Assembly: GCA_963715335.1 (NCBI GenBank)
Contig: CAVQRZ010000021.1
Location: 18,641 to 82,640 of the forward strand
Direction of reading: 5' to 3'
Length of the DNA: 64,000 nt
From: an uncultured delta proteobacterium
GTDB lineage: Bacteria > Desulfobacterota > Desulfuromonadia > Desulfuromonadales > BM103
A program made the position numbers and the translations under genes. The notes beneath the pieces were generated by a model. It was not told the DNA's origin and ran no database searches. It saw nothing but the letters and a program-made list of their open reading frames with translations. The first letter of the stretch is position 1. Every line of letters begins with the position of its first letter. Of this stretch, positions 37,540 to 46,755 are shown in pieces.

Positions 37540-39747
37540 TCAGAACATATCGACCGGATCAATATCAACTGTCAGTTGCACACCCGGCGGCAGTCCCTTT
37601 TTCAACCTGCCCAACAAGGCAATATTCCTGCGCAGGGGGTCGCGCTGTTTCGCCTTGAGCAGGATCTGCATACGGTGCCGGTTGCGCAGGCGCGCCAACA
37701 GACAAGGTGCCGGCCCGAGCACTTCGACATCATCACCTGCCCGGGCGAGTTCGTCTGCCAACCGCTTTGCGGCCTCTTTCACCCTGGCCGCATCGTTACT
37801 GCTTAAAACCAGGTTGACCAGGTGACCGAAAGGCGGGTATGCCAGGGCTTGGCGCTGGGTCAGCTCCAGTTCGGCAAAGCCGCGATAATCATGCCGCGTC
37901 ACGTACTCGAGAGCAGAATTGTCCACAGCGTAGGTCTGAATCAGGACTCGCCCGGGACGATCGCCCCGCCCTGCTCGCCCGGCGACTTGACTGAGCAGGG
38001 AGAAAACCCGTTCGGCGCTGCGGAAGTCGGGCATGTTGAGCGCAGTGTCGGCATTGAGGACCCCGACCAGGGTCACTGCCGGGAAATCATGGCCCTTGGC
38101 TATCATCTGTGTACCGATCAGGACATCAATCTCTCCGGCCGACATCCGATCGATCAGGCAATGGTGGGCCCCTTTGCGCATGGTGGTATCGCGATCCATC
38201 CGCGCCACCCTGGCGTCGGGAAAATTCCGCCGGATTTCCTCTTCAAGACGCTCCGTACCCATGCCTTCGGGGAGCAGCCTGGCACCGCTGCAGCGATCAC
38301 AGCTATCCGGAGGCGCTTGGCGGAAGTCACAGTAATGGCAGCGCAGGGAACGCTGCACCTGCGAATACGTCAGGGTGATGTCGCAGTTCAGGCAGCGCAG
38401 GGCGGCGCCACAGTCGTGACAGAGGAGAAACGGAGCGTACCCTCTGCGATTGAGCAGCAGCAACGCCTGTTCACCGGCCACCAGGGTTTCCTCAAGGGCC
38501 CCTTGCAGGGCTTCACTCAACAGGCTTTCTTGCCGGTGTTCGGAAAGATCGATCAAGTGGACACTGGGTAGAGTTCGCTCAGCGGTACGTTCGGGTAGTT
38601 CCAGGTAGGTAAGATGCTCATCCATCGCCCGCTGGTAGGTCGTCAGGGCCGGTGTGGCGCTCCCCAGGAGAACAACGGTCTGGTCACGCTGGCCGCGCAT
38701 CAGGGCCAGGTCACGTGCATTATAGCGAAAGCCTTCCGATTGTTTATAGCTGCCGTCGTGCTCTTCGTCTACGACGATCAACCCCAGGTCATCAAGAGGC
38801 GCAAAGACCGCCGAACGCGCGCCGATCACCACATCTATATCGCCACGGGCAACCCTGCACCAGGCATCGTAACGCTCTCCATCCGATAATCCCGAATGCA
38901 GCACGGCCAAGTTGACATCAAGGTCCCGGAACCAGCTGCGGAACCGGGCAACCAGTTGTGGAGTCAGGGCAATTTCAGGGACCAGGACCAATGCCTGGCG
39001 ACCACGTTCCAGGGTTTGTGCGACGGCGCGCAAATAGACTTCGGTTTTGCCGCTGCCGGTCACACCATGCAGGAGAAAAGACTGAAACCGTTCCGACTGC
39101 AGGGCCTGACCGACGCGGTCGACGGCCTCCTGCTGGGCCGGATTCAACACAACGGCATGATGCTCTTGCACGGCAATTTCGGCAAAAGGGTCCCGGAGTT
39201 TTTCGATTTCTTCGAACTCAAGGAAGCCAAGCTCCACCAGCCGCTGCAGGGCGGCGTGAGGTGCTGGGAATTTACCGCGAAGCTGGCTCAGGCTGGCAGA
39301 TTTTTCTCCCCGGATGAACCCGAGGATCTCGCGTTGACGCCCGCCTTTTGGTTCTTCATCCCTTGCCGTTGGCCGATAAAGCCTGTCACGCAAGACCGGC
39401 GGGGTGACATCCGGTGCAGAGAGTCCTGCCGGCAGCGCCGTGCGCACGGCCTCACCGGGCGGATAATCGTAATAACGCGCAGCGCGCAGGTAGAATGAAG
39501 CATGGCGTTCGTGAAACAGGGGGTGAGGATCGATGATTTCCAGTATCTCTTTCAAGGCTGCGCCGTCCGGAGCAACCCGCTTCATGACATATCCGACTAC
39601 CTGCCGGCGCCCAAGAGGCACCCGCACGCGACTGCCGACCTGGAGGTTCCCGGCCAGCCTTTCTGGCACGGCATAGGTAAGGGTTTTGTCGAGGGGCGCG
39701 ACGACAGCGATTTCTGCCGCCTGCAGATTTTGTGTTTCAGATGTCAT
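37540..39747 (-). CDS. priA: Primosomal protein N'
   Basis: HGVTGSGKTEVY, VDEEHD, LNRRGY, Cys-rich region and GTQMIAKGHDFP. Confidence 0.97.
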   Translation of the reverse strand: MTSETQNLQAAEIAVVAPLDKTLTYAVPERLAGNLQVGSRVRVPLGRRQVVGYVMKRVAPDGAALKEILEIIDPHPLFHERHASFYLRAARYYDYPPGEAVRTALPAGLSAPDVTPPVLRDRLYRPTARDEEPKGGRQREILGFIRGEKSASLSQLRGKFPAPHAALQRLVELGFLEFEEIEKLRDPFAEIAVQEHHAVVLNPAQQEAVDRVGQALQSERFQSFLLHGVTGSGKTEVYLRAVAQTLERGRQALVLVPEIALTPQLVARFRSWFRDLDVNLAVLHSGLSDGERYDAWCRVARGDIDVVIGARSAVFAPLDDLGLIVVDEEHDGSYKQSEGFRYNARDLALMRGQRDQTVVLLGSATPALTTYQRAMDEHLTYLELPERTAERTLPSVHLIDLSEHRQESLLSEALQGALEETLVAGEQALLLLNRRGYAPFLLCHDCGAALRCLNCDITLTYSQVQRSLRCHYCDFRQAPPDSCDRCSGARLLPEGMGTERLEEEIRRNFPDARVARMDRDTTMRKGAHHCLIDRMSAGEIDVLIGTQMIAKGHDFPAVTLVGVLNADTALNMPDFRSAERVFSLLSQVAGRAGRGDRPGRVLIQTYAVDNSALEYVTRHDYRGFAELELTQRQALAYPPFGHLVNLVLSSNDAARVKEAAKRLADELARAGDDVEVLGPAPCLLARLRNRHRMQILLKAKQRDPLRRNIALLGRLKKGLPPGVQLTVDIDPVDMF

Positions 39748-39922
39748 GAAAGGTTCGCATGCTGCTCGCTAAAGGATACTAACAATCCAAAAAACAGAAT
39801 TTAACGCAAAGGCGCAAAGGTCAAAAAAACAAGACGCAAAAGGGGGCCTTCATCAAAGACTAACCTTTGCGTCTTTTAGTTTGTCTGTTCTGAACTGTGG
39901 TCTGGAAGTCTTACTGTTGCAT

Positions 39923-41125
39923 TCAAGCCGCTTCCGGACCCGCCACCTGCGCTGCGAACTGGCGGGCAAACTCACGGCATTCCTCGAGGTTTTCTTCTGT
40001 CGGCGTAAAGCGCAAGGTCAAGCCGGGAACCGGTATCTTGAAGCGCAACCCCTTCAGACGATCCTCGATCAGCTTCACGGCCTCACCGCTCCAGCCGAAA
40101 GAGCCAAAGGCCCCGGCAACTTTCGCCTTGGGCGTGACCAACGAGAAGAGTGACATGGCATGCCAGGCTTGCGGCGGGGCATCACGGTTGATCGTCGAAG
40201 AGCCAATCAGGATCAGGTCGGCCAGTTCCAGTTCATCCCGCAGGTCGCCATCACGCATCTCGCACATGCGCATCACGACCACGTTGAACCCCTTGGCTTC
40301 AAGTTCCTCCCGTATAGTGGCCGCCATGGTGTGCGTGTTGCCGTGCGATGAAAGCGTCAGTAACAGGGCGCGAGGCTTCGGTTGCTTCGGCGGCAAAGCC
40401 GACCAGCGGCGGTAGGAATCTACCACGGCCCGGGGATCAATCCGACGGATCGGTCCGTGGGAAGGACAGATCATCTTCAATTCGAGCGCGTCGACCTTGG
40501 CCACGGCATCGCGAACCTTGTCCTTGAAAGGGCGCATGATGCAGTCAAAGTAGAAGTGAAAATCCTGGGAAAAGTCAGGGATTTCATCATCAAACAGCTT
40601 GCGCGCACAATAATGCGCACCAAACGCGTCGCAGGGGAAAAGGATCTCTTCCTCGACCAGATAGGTGAATATGGTGTCCGGCCAGTGCAGGTAGGGCGCC
40701 AGAATAAAGCGCAGGGTCAGTCCGCCGAGGTCTATCTCTTCGCCGTCGCTGACCACATGCGCATTGAATGGACGGTTCAGCAGCTGGCTGAGGAAATTCT
40801 GCGACGGGCGGCTGCAATAAACCGGCAGATCCGGACGCAACTCGAGCAACCGGCCAAGGGCTCCGGAATGGTCTGGCTCGGTGTGGCTGATGACCACCAA
40901 ATCGATTTTTTCCAGGCCGATCGCTGCTTCAATTTTATTAAGAAATTCGTCGGTAAAAGGGGCCTTGACCGTATCGATAAGTGCCGTTTTGTCTTGCCCG
41001 CGAACCACGTAGGAATTGTAGGTTGTGCCGTTGTGGGTCGGAAACAGTTCGTCAAAAATCTCCAGATCGGGATGCCGAACGCCAACCCAGGAGACATTAT
41101 CGGTAACTTGCTGGTATTGCTCCAT
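39923..41125 (-). CDS. fprA: Flavodiiron protein (A-type flavoprotein)
   Basis: GTTYNSY, HTEPDHSG, LHWPD, DAFGAH, PSHGP and flavodoxin motif FGSFGWSGEA. Confidence 0.92.
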   Translation of the reverse strand: MEQYQQVTDNVSWVGVRHPDLEIFDELFPTHNGTTYNSYVVRGQDKTALIDTVKAPFTDEFLNKIEAAIGLEKIDLVVISHTEPDHSGALGRLLELRPDLPVYCSRPSQNFLSQLLNRPFNAHVVSDGEEIDLGGLTLRFILAPYLHWPDTIFTYLVEEEILFPCDAFGAHYCARKLFDDEIPDFSQDFHFYFDCIMRPFKDKVRDAVAKVDALELKMICPSHGPIRRIDPRAVVDSYRRWSALPPKQPKPRALLLTLSSHGNTHTMAATIREELEAKGFNVVVMRMCEMRDGDLRDELELADLILIGSSTINRDAPPQAWHAMSLFSLVTPKAKVAGAFGSFGWSGEAVKLIEDRLKGLRFKIPVPGLTLRFTPTEENLEECREFARQFAAQVAGPEAA

Positions 41126-41248
41126 AACTTGTATCGCCTTTCCTTTTCGAGATAGATCCCTATATAATTGTCGGATCATGCACTGTCATAAGATAATACA
41201 ATCGCGCCATCCTGGCAACCACGGCAAGCACGCTTTTGGCAGGTTTTT

Positions 41249-42097
41249 ATGACCTGGCCCGTGCGCCGACGCAAAGGCATCAGCAGACGCCGGTTCCTTT
41301 CCCTCGGATTTGCCGGATTGACCGGGGCTTTGCTGGCAGAGACTGCATGGTACGAGCCACAGGCCCTGCAGGTTGAACAAAGCTCCGTACCGTCTCCCTT
41401 GCCCGGCGGCCTGATCCGCATGGTGCAGGTCAGCGACCTGCATTTAAGCAGTTTTGACGACTATTTCAAGAAGGTAGCGAACCAGGTTACCAGTCTGGAA
41501 CCGGACCTGATTGTCCTGACCGGAGACTACCTTGAAGAGGAGAGAAATATCAGGGGTGTCCTGAATTTCCTGAAACAGCTGCACGCTCCGCACGGCATCT
41601 ATGCCGTGCAGGGGAACTGGGAATACTGGTCAAGGCTGGAAGGAGAAAACCTGCGCAGGCATTTCGCCGGTGTAGGGGTCAAACTCCTGATCAATGAACG
41701 TGCGGATCTTGAGATCAAGGGCCGGGCATTATCGATTTACGGCATGGACTACCCTTCTGCAAGCGATTACCTGCACCGTCTGCAACAAGACATCGACCCT
41801 CGACGTTTCAACCTGCTTTTATCTCATGTTCCGGCTTTCGCCCATGAACAACTGAGCAAACACATCAACCTGGTCCTGAGCGGCCACACCCACGGCGGGC
41901 AGATCCGGTTGCCCTACCTGCCGCCATTCTACCTGCCACGCTATTCAGGCCGGTTCGTCGCCGGCTATTACCAGGTCAGCGAGCACCAGGTCCCGCTTTA
42001 TGTCAGCCGCGGTGTCGGTACCAGCGTTCTACCCCTAAGGTTCCTCTGCCGCCCGGAAATCGGGTTGTTTGAACTGGGAAGACAGTCAATCACCTAA
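41249..42097 (+). CDS. Metallophosphoesterase with twin-arginine-like N-terminus
   Basis: SRRRFL, SDLH, TGDY, GNWE, SGHTHGGQ and YVSRG.G. Confidence 0.88.
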   Translation: MTWPVRRRKGISRRRFLSLGFAGLTGALLAETAWYEPQALQVEQSSVPSPLPGGLIRMVQVSDLHLSSFDDYFKKVANQVTSLEPDLIVLTGDYLEEERNIRGVLNFLKQLHAPHGIYAVQGNWEYWSRLEGENLRRHFAGVGVKLLINERADLEIKGRALSIYGMDYPSASDYLHRLQQDIDPRRFNLLLSHVPAFAHEQLSKHINLVLSGHTHGGQIRLPYLPPFYLPRYSGRFVAGYYQVSEHQVPLYVSRGVGTSVLPLRFLCRPEIGLFELGRQSIT

Positions 42098-42354
42098 AAG
42101 AGTCCAGTTCAGCCTTGACACGACAACTTTTGCCAGGTTTGGGCCCTAAATGGCACCCATACAGCAATCCTCTTAGAGTTCTTAGATCATCGTGGTTGCC
42201 GAAACTCATTTGGGTGGCTAGAGAGCTGGAGGGTTCTACTTACAATGTTACCCAGGGGATTGATTATCTTTACCTCAAGGCGCCAATTCTCCCGATAACC
42301 GCATAAATGACACGACATTAAGCACCTGTAAAATAAAGACAAATCACAAAATAC

Positions 42355-42383
42355 TTGACCACGGACAAAAATATTATCATAAT
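42355..42383 (+). promoter_or_regulatory. Putative sigma70 promoter upstream of riboswitch 1
   Basis: TTGACC-17 nt-CATAAT in an AT-rich context. Confidence 0.5.
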
Positions 42384-42464
42384 CTCAATCATAGTCATGG
42401 TAATAATCGATTAACATTTTTATTGTCTCGACAGAGGAGCCCTGCAGCCCAACAAAAAACAAAT

Positions 42465-42550
42465 GTCTCCGAAAAAGGCAAAACCAGAGAAATCTGGTGA
42501 CGCAAAGCCACGGGTCCTCAAATTCAGGACAGCCGGGTTGCCGAAGAGAG
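42465..42550 (+). promoter_or_regulatory. Cyclic di-GMP-I (GEMM-I) riboswitch aptamer 1
   Basis: GGC-AAA-ACCAGA-GAAA-TCTGGT-GACGCAAAGCC...GGGTCCT...AGGACAGCCGGGTTGCCGAA: P2 with GNRA loop, P3 and GCAAAGC junction. Confidence 0.92.
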
Positions 42551-42590
42551 TGTTCGCCTAGCTTTTGCCTTGATCAACTTCTGCAACGTT

Positions 42591-42627
42591 AAGCGCCCAT
42601 CTTCGGTATCGAGGTGGGCGCTTTTTT
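42591..42627 (+). terminator. Intrinsic terminator of riboswitch 1
   Basis: AAGCGCCCATCT...AGGTGGGCGCTTTTTT. Confidence 0.85.
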
Positions 42628-42875
42628 ATTCTGCCAGAGTGGATGCAGATCATCGTGAAACATTTCATACTGAATTGCATTGAGAGACCAGTGATGTGGT
42701 TAAATGACTATACCTTTTCAATCATGGACACACTTTCGATACGCACGACACCTGTGCACGCACACTGTCCAATCAGCTGCTTAATACAAACCTGCGTGGA
42801 GATGCATAAATTCCTTGTAATGATATCAACCGCTTCTATTCGATTCTGTGGAAGGCTTGTCATCTCTCATGTCAA

Positions 42876-42892
42876 TTGGCATGCTCTCTGCT
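42876..42892 (+). promoter_or_regulatory. Putative sigma54 promoter between riboswitches 1 and 2
   Basis: TTGGCAT-GCTCT-CTGCT (GG-N10-GC). Confidence 0.45.
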
Positions 42893-43036
42893 TAATCTGG
42901 ATGGTGTTCGCATACAGGCGTGATGCAAAGAATCTCGAATGAGCATGAGTCGATCAACAGTCTTTTGCAAGACAAGGTAACCGCGACATGGAGCGCAAAC
43001 CGATGGCATAGAATCTTTATTTTAAAAACTAAATAA

Positions 43037-43122
43037 GTCTCCGATAAGGGCAAAGCCAGAGCAATCTGGCGACGCAAAGCCACGGGTCCTCAAATTCAGG
43101 ACAGCCGGGTTGCCGAAGAGAG
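43037..43122 (+). promoter_or_regulatory. Cyclic di-GMP-I (GEMM-I) riboswitch aptamer 2
   Basis: GGGC-AAA-GCCAGA-GCAA-TCTGGC-GACGCAAAGCC...GGGTTGCCGAA; P2 shows a compensatory change relative to copy 1. Confidence 0.92.
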
Positions 43123-43161
43123 TGTTCGCCTAACTTTTGCCCCGATCAATTTCTGCAATGT

Positions 43162-43199
43162 AAAGCGCTCACCTTCGGTAACGAGGTGAGCGCTTTTTT
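43162..43199 (+). terminator. Intrinsic terminator of riboswitch 2
   Basis: AAAGCGCTCACCT...AGGTGAGCGCTTTTTT. Confidence 0.85.
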
Positions 43200-43383
43200 A
43201 GTTTGGAGGTTAACCTTCAGTTCAGCAATTGCATGAGATAAAAAGCTATAGAGGTCCTGTGCAACCGACATTGAATGATACATAGACAACCAACAGACAA
43301 CCAACACACTTTTATCAGGCAAGGGAACAACGACATGGAGTGCAAACCGATGGCATAGAATCTTCATTTTAAAAACTAAATAA

Positions 43384-43469
43384 GTCTCCGATAAGGGCAA
43401 AGCCAGAGCAATCTGGCGACGCAAAGCCACGGGTCCTCAAATTCAGGACAGCCGGGTTGCCGAAGAGAG
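43384..43469 (+). promoter_or_regulatory. Cyclic di-GMP-I (GEMM-I) riboswitch aptamer 3
   Basis: Identical to aptamer 2, 347 bp downstream. Confidence 0.92.
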
Positions 43470-43508
43470 TGTTCGCCTAACTTTTGCCCCGATCAATTTC
43501 TGCAATGT

Positions 43509-43546
43509 AAAGCGCTCACCTTCGGTAACGAGGTGAGCGCTTTTTT
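43509..43546 (+). terminator. Intrinsic terminator of riboswitch 3
   Basis: Same hairpin plus T6; ends about 45 bp before the ATG at 43592. Confidence 0.85.
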
Positions 43547-43591
43547 AGTCTGGACGTTAACTCTCAGTTCAGCAACTGCGGGAGGAAAAAG

Positions 43592-46500
43592 ATGGGGTAT
43601 ACCATGACAAAAGCAATTTTACTTACAGTTTGTCTATTTCTGGCCATCACGGCTACGGCCAATGCCAAGACGGTTAATCTGGCTTGGGATCCGAGTCCAA
43701 GTACCAATGTTGCGGGATATAAGATTTACTATAAGGAGGGCTCTTCAAGTCTACAATTTAATGGCACTGGCGCTAACGAAGGATCTTCTCCGATTGATGT
43801 GGGAAAAGTCCTGAGTTCAAGCCTCACGGGTTTGCCAGATACCCAGACACATTATTTTGCTGTTACGGCTTACGATACATCAGGGAACGAGAGCACACCT
43901 TCAAATATCGTCGATAGCTCACCGGTTATCATAGCCATCAATCATCCCCCGGTGCTGGCCGCCATCGGCAGCAAGACGATTAATGAAGGAACCAACCTGA
44001 GCTTCACCCTGAGCGCCACGGACCCCGATGGCGACAGCCTGACCTACAGTGCCACCGGCCTGCCGAACGGCGCTACCTTCAATGCCGCGACGCGGACGTT
44101 CACCTGGACCCCGAGCAACACCCAGGCCGGCAACTACAACGTGAGCTTCAGCGTTAGTGACGGCAGCCTGAACGATGCGGAAACGGTTGCGATCAGTGTC
44201 GGCAACGTGAACAGACCGCCGGTGCTGGCCGCCATCGGCAGCAAGACGATTAATGAAGGAACCAACCTGAGCTTCACCCTGAGCGCCACGGACCCCGATG
44301 GCGACAGCCTGACCTACAGTGCCACCGGCCTGCCGAACGGCGCTACCTTCAATGCCGCGACGCGGACGTTCACCTGGACCCCGAGCAACACCCAGGCCGG
44401 CAACTACAACGTGAGCTTCAGCGTTAGTGACGGCAGCCTGAACGATGCGGAAACGGTTGCGATCAGTGTCGGCAACGTGAACAGACCGCCGGTGCTGGCC
44501 GCCATCGGCAGCAAGACGATTAATGAAGGAACCAACCTGAGCTTCACCCTGAGCGCCACGGACCCCGATGGCGACAGCCTGACCTACAGTGCCACCGGCC
44601 TGCCGAACGGCGCTACCTTCAATGCCGCGACGCGGACGTTCACCTGGACCCCTGGCAACACCCAGGCCGGCAACTACAACGTGAGCTTCAGCGTTAGTGA
44701 CGGCAGCCTGAACGATGCGGAAACGGTTGCGATCAGTGTCGGCAACGTGAACAGACCGCCGGTGCTGGCCGCCATCGGCAGCAAGACGATTAATGAAGGA
44801 ACCAACCTGAGCTTCACCCTGAGCGCCACGGACCCCGATGGCGACAGCCTGACCTACAGTGCCACCGGCCTGCCGAACGGCGCTACCTTCAATGCCGCGA
44901 CGCGGACGTTCACCTGGACCCCTGGCAACACCCAGGCCGGCAACTACAACGTGAGCTTCAGCGTTAGTGACGGCAGCCTGAACGATGCGGAAACGGTCGC
45001 GATCAGTGTCGGCAACGTGAACAGACCGCCGGTACTGACCGCCATCGGCAGCAAGACGATTAATGTAGGAACCAACCTGAGCTTCACCCTGAGCGCCACG
45101 GATCCCGATGGCGACAGCCTGACCTACAGTGCCACCGGCCTGCCGAACGGCGCTACCTTCAATGCCGCGACGCGGACGTTCACCTGGACCCCTGGCAACA
45201 CCCAGGCCGGCAACTACAACGTGAGCTTCAGCGTTAGTGACGGCAGCCTGAACGATGCGGAAACGGTCGCGATCAGTGTCGGTAACGTGAACAGACCGCC
45301 GGTACTGACCGCCATCGGCAGCAAGACGATTAATGTAGGAACCAACCTGAGCTTCACCCTGAGCGCCATGGATCCCGATGGCGACAGCCTGACCTACAGT
45401 GCCAGCGGCCTGCCGAACGGCGCCACCTTCAATGCCGCAACTCGATTGTTCACATGGACCCCGAGCAACACCCAGGCCGGCAACTACAACGTGAGCTTCA
45501 GCGTTAGTGACGGCAGCCTGAACGATGCGGAAACGGTTGCGATCAGTGTCGGCAACGTGAACGGACCGCCGGTGCTGACCGCCATCGGCAGCAAGACGAT
45601 TAATGAAGGAACCAACCTGAGCTTCACCCTGAGCGCCATGGATCCCGATGGCGACAGACCTGACCTACAGTGCCACCGATCTGCCGAGCGGGGCCAGCTT
45701 CAATGCCGCGACGCGAATGTTCACCTGGACCCCTGGCAACACCCAGGCCGGCAGCTACAACGTGAGCTTCAGCGTTAGTGACGGCAGCCTGAATGATGCG
45801 GAAACGGTTGCGATCAGTGTCGATGCCTCTGTGCCTGAGGGTCTCAGTCTTCCGCTATCGGAAAACGGATTGCCCGGAGTCGAACGCGAAGATGGCGGTG
45901 ACGACTCTAACAACTATGTCAACGGAATGCCAAAAGGCGACCTGAAGTATATCTTCCGTGTCGTTCTGCGGGATACCTCGGGTGGTGAATTGCCAAGCGT
46001 TCTCCTTATCCTGAACGGGTACGCTTACCCCATGGTTCGAGAAGTCGGCGGCATTGAAACCGGTGCAACATTTTCCTTCACAACCCGACTTGGTCCAGTC
46101 GCGTCGCATCGTTTTTATTTTCAGTCCAGAGACGCAGAGGGAAAGATTCTTTCCGAATTCCCTGCACAAGAAGATTTACAAGGTCCTCAGGTGGAGTTTC
46201 TGAATGGGAAAAATATGGTCGGTGCACGTGGCGATATCAACCTTCTTCAGTTGAGCAGTACCGATGCTATTGGCACAACCCAGTCGTTTCGTTGGATCCC
46301 CAGCGAGAAGAAGAACGGCAGCTACGTTCGCGTTGACAATGGTGGCCCGGTGATTCTCGGTGAAGGGTATGTCATTAAACGGACAACCGATAGTTTCCTG
46401 CCGTCCATGGAGCAGTTTGGCGAAAACCATGCACTGACCTCTGAGATCGCTGTCAAAGCGGGCTGGAACCTGATAGCCAACCCTTATGGCGGAAATGTTC

Positions 46501-46745
46501 CTCTCTCAAAAGTTCTGATCCAGGATGGAGGCTCAGAGCCAATCAGCTGGGTTGAGGCCGTCAGCCGTCGGATGATAGTCGACGGGTCATATTACTACAC
46601 CGGAAGGGACTGGGGGGGCGGTACTGTTTTCGAAAGTAGCGATGGAGAACAGGGAGCGATTCTTATTCCCGGGATCGGATACTGGATCTACGTCAACTCC
46701 GAAAACGAGCCAGTTTCTCTTATCATTCCTAAACCGCAACAATAG
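43592..46745 (+). pseudogene. Large secreted Fn3 + Ig/cadherin-like repeat protein (~1050 aa if intact), split by a +1 frameshift into ORFs 43592-45778 and 45648-46745
   Basis: Signal peptide (ATANA/K), Fn3 domain (LAWD...GYKIYY...YFAVTAYDTSGNES) and seven 90-aa repeats (NRPPVL...ATDPDGDSLTYS...LP.GA.FNAATRTFTWTP...VSDG). Repeat 7 has an extra A at 45658 (GACAGaCCTG versus GACAGCCTG in the other six). Confidence 0.8.
43951..45821 (+). repeat. Seven near-identical 270-bp tandem repeats
   Basis: Units begin at 43951, 44221, 44491, 44761, 45031, 45301 and 45571. Confidence 0.97.
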
Positions 46746-46755
46746 GAGAGTTGAA

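Noticed and set aside
39803..39875. Short CGCAAAG-type repeats (similar low-complexity tracts at 7433-7456 and 26431-26450)
   Set aside because: They may belong to dispersed short-repeat families, but are too short and degenerate here to define; 39831-39875 may simply be a terminator hairpin.
42151..42205. Possible fourth riboswitch (GGTTGCCGAA at about 42194) behind a sigma54-like TGGCAC-N5-CAGCA site
   Set aside because: Only the 3' motif matches. No P2 GNRA hairpin, GCAAAGC junction or terminator is present. At most a decayed remnant.
42643..43430. Short ORFs in the riboswitch leader (42643-42942 +, 42892-43083 -, 43146-43430 -)
   Set aside because: No convincing RBS or recognisable motifs; the two minus-strand ORFs are antisense readings of the duplicated aptamers.
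42465..45821. CRISPR-like array suggested by the repeats
   Set aside because: Repeat units are 270-347 bp and are coding or riboswitch sequence, with no unique spacers and no cas genes.
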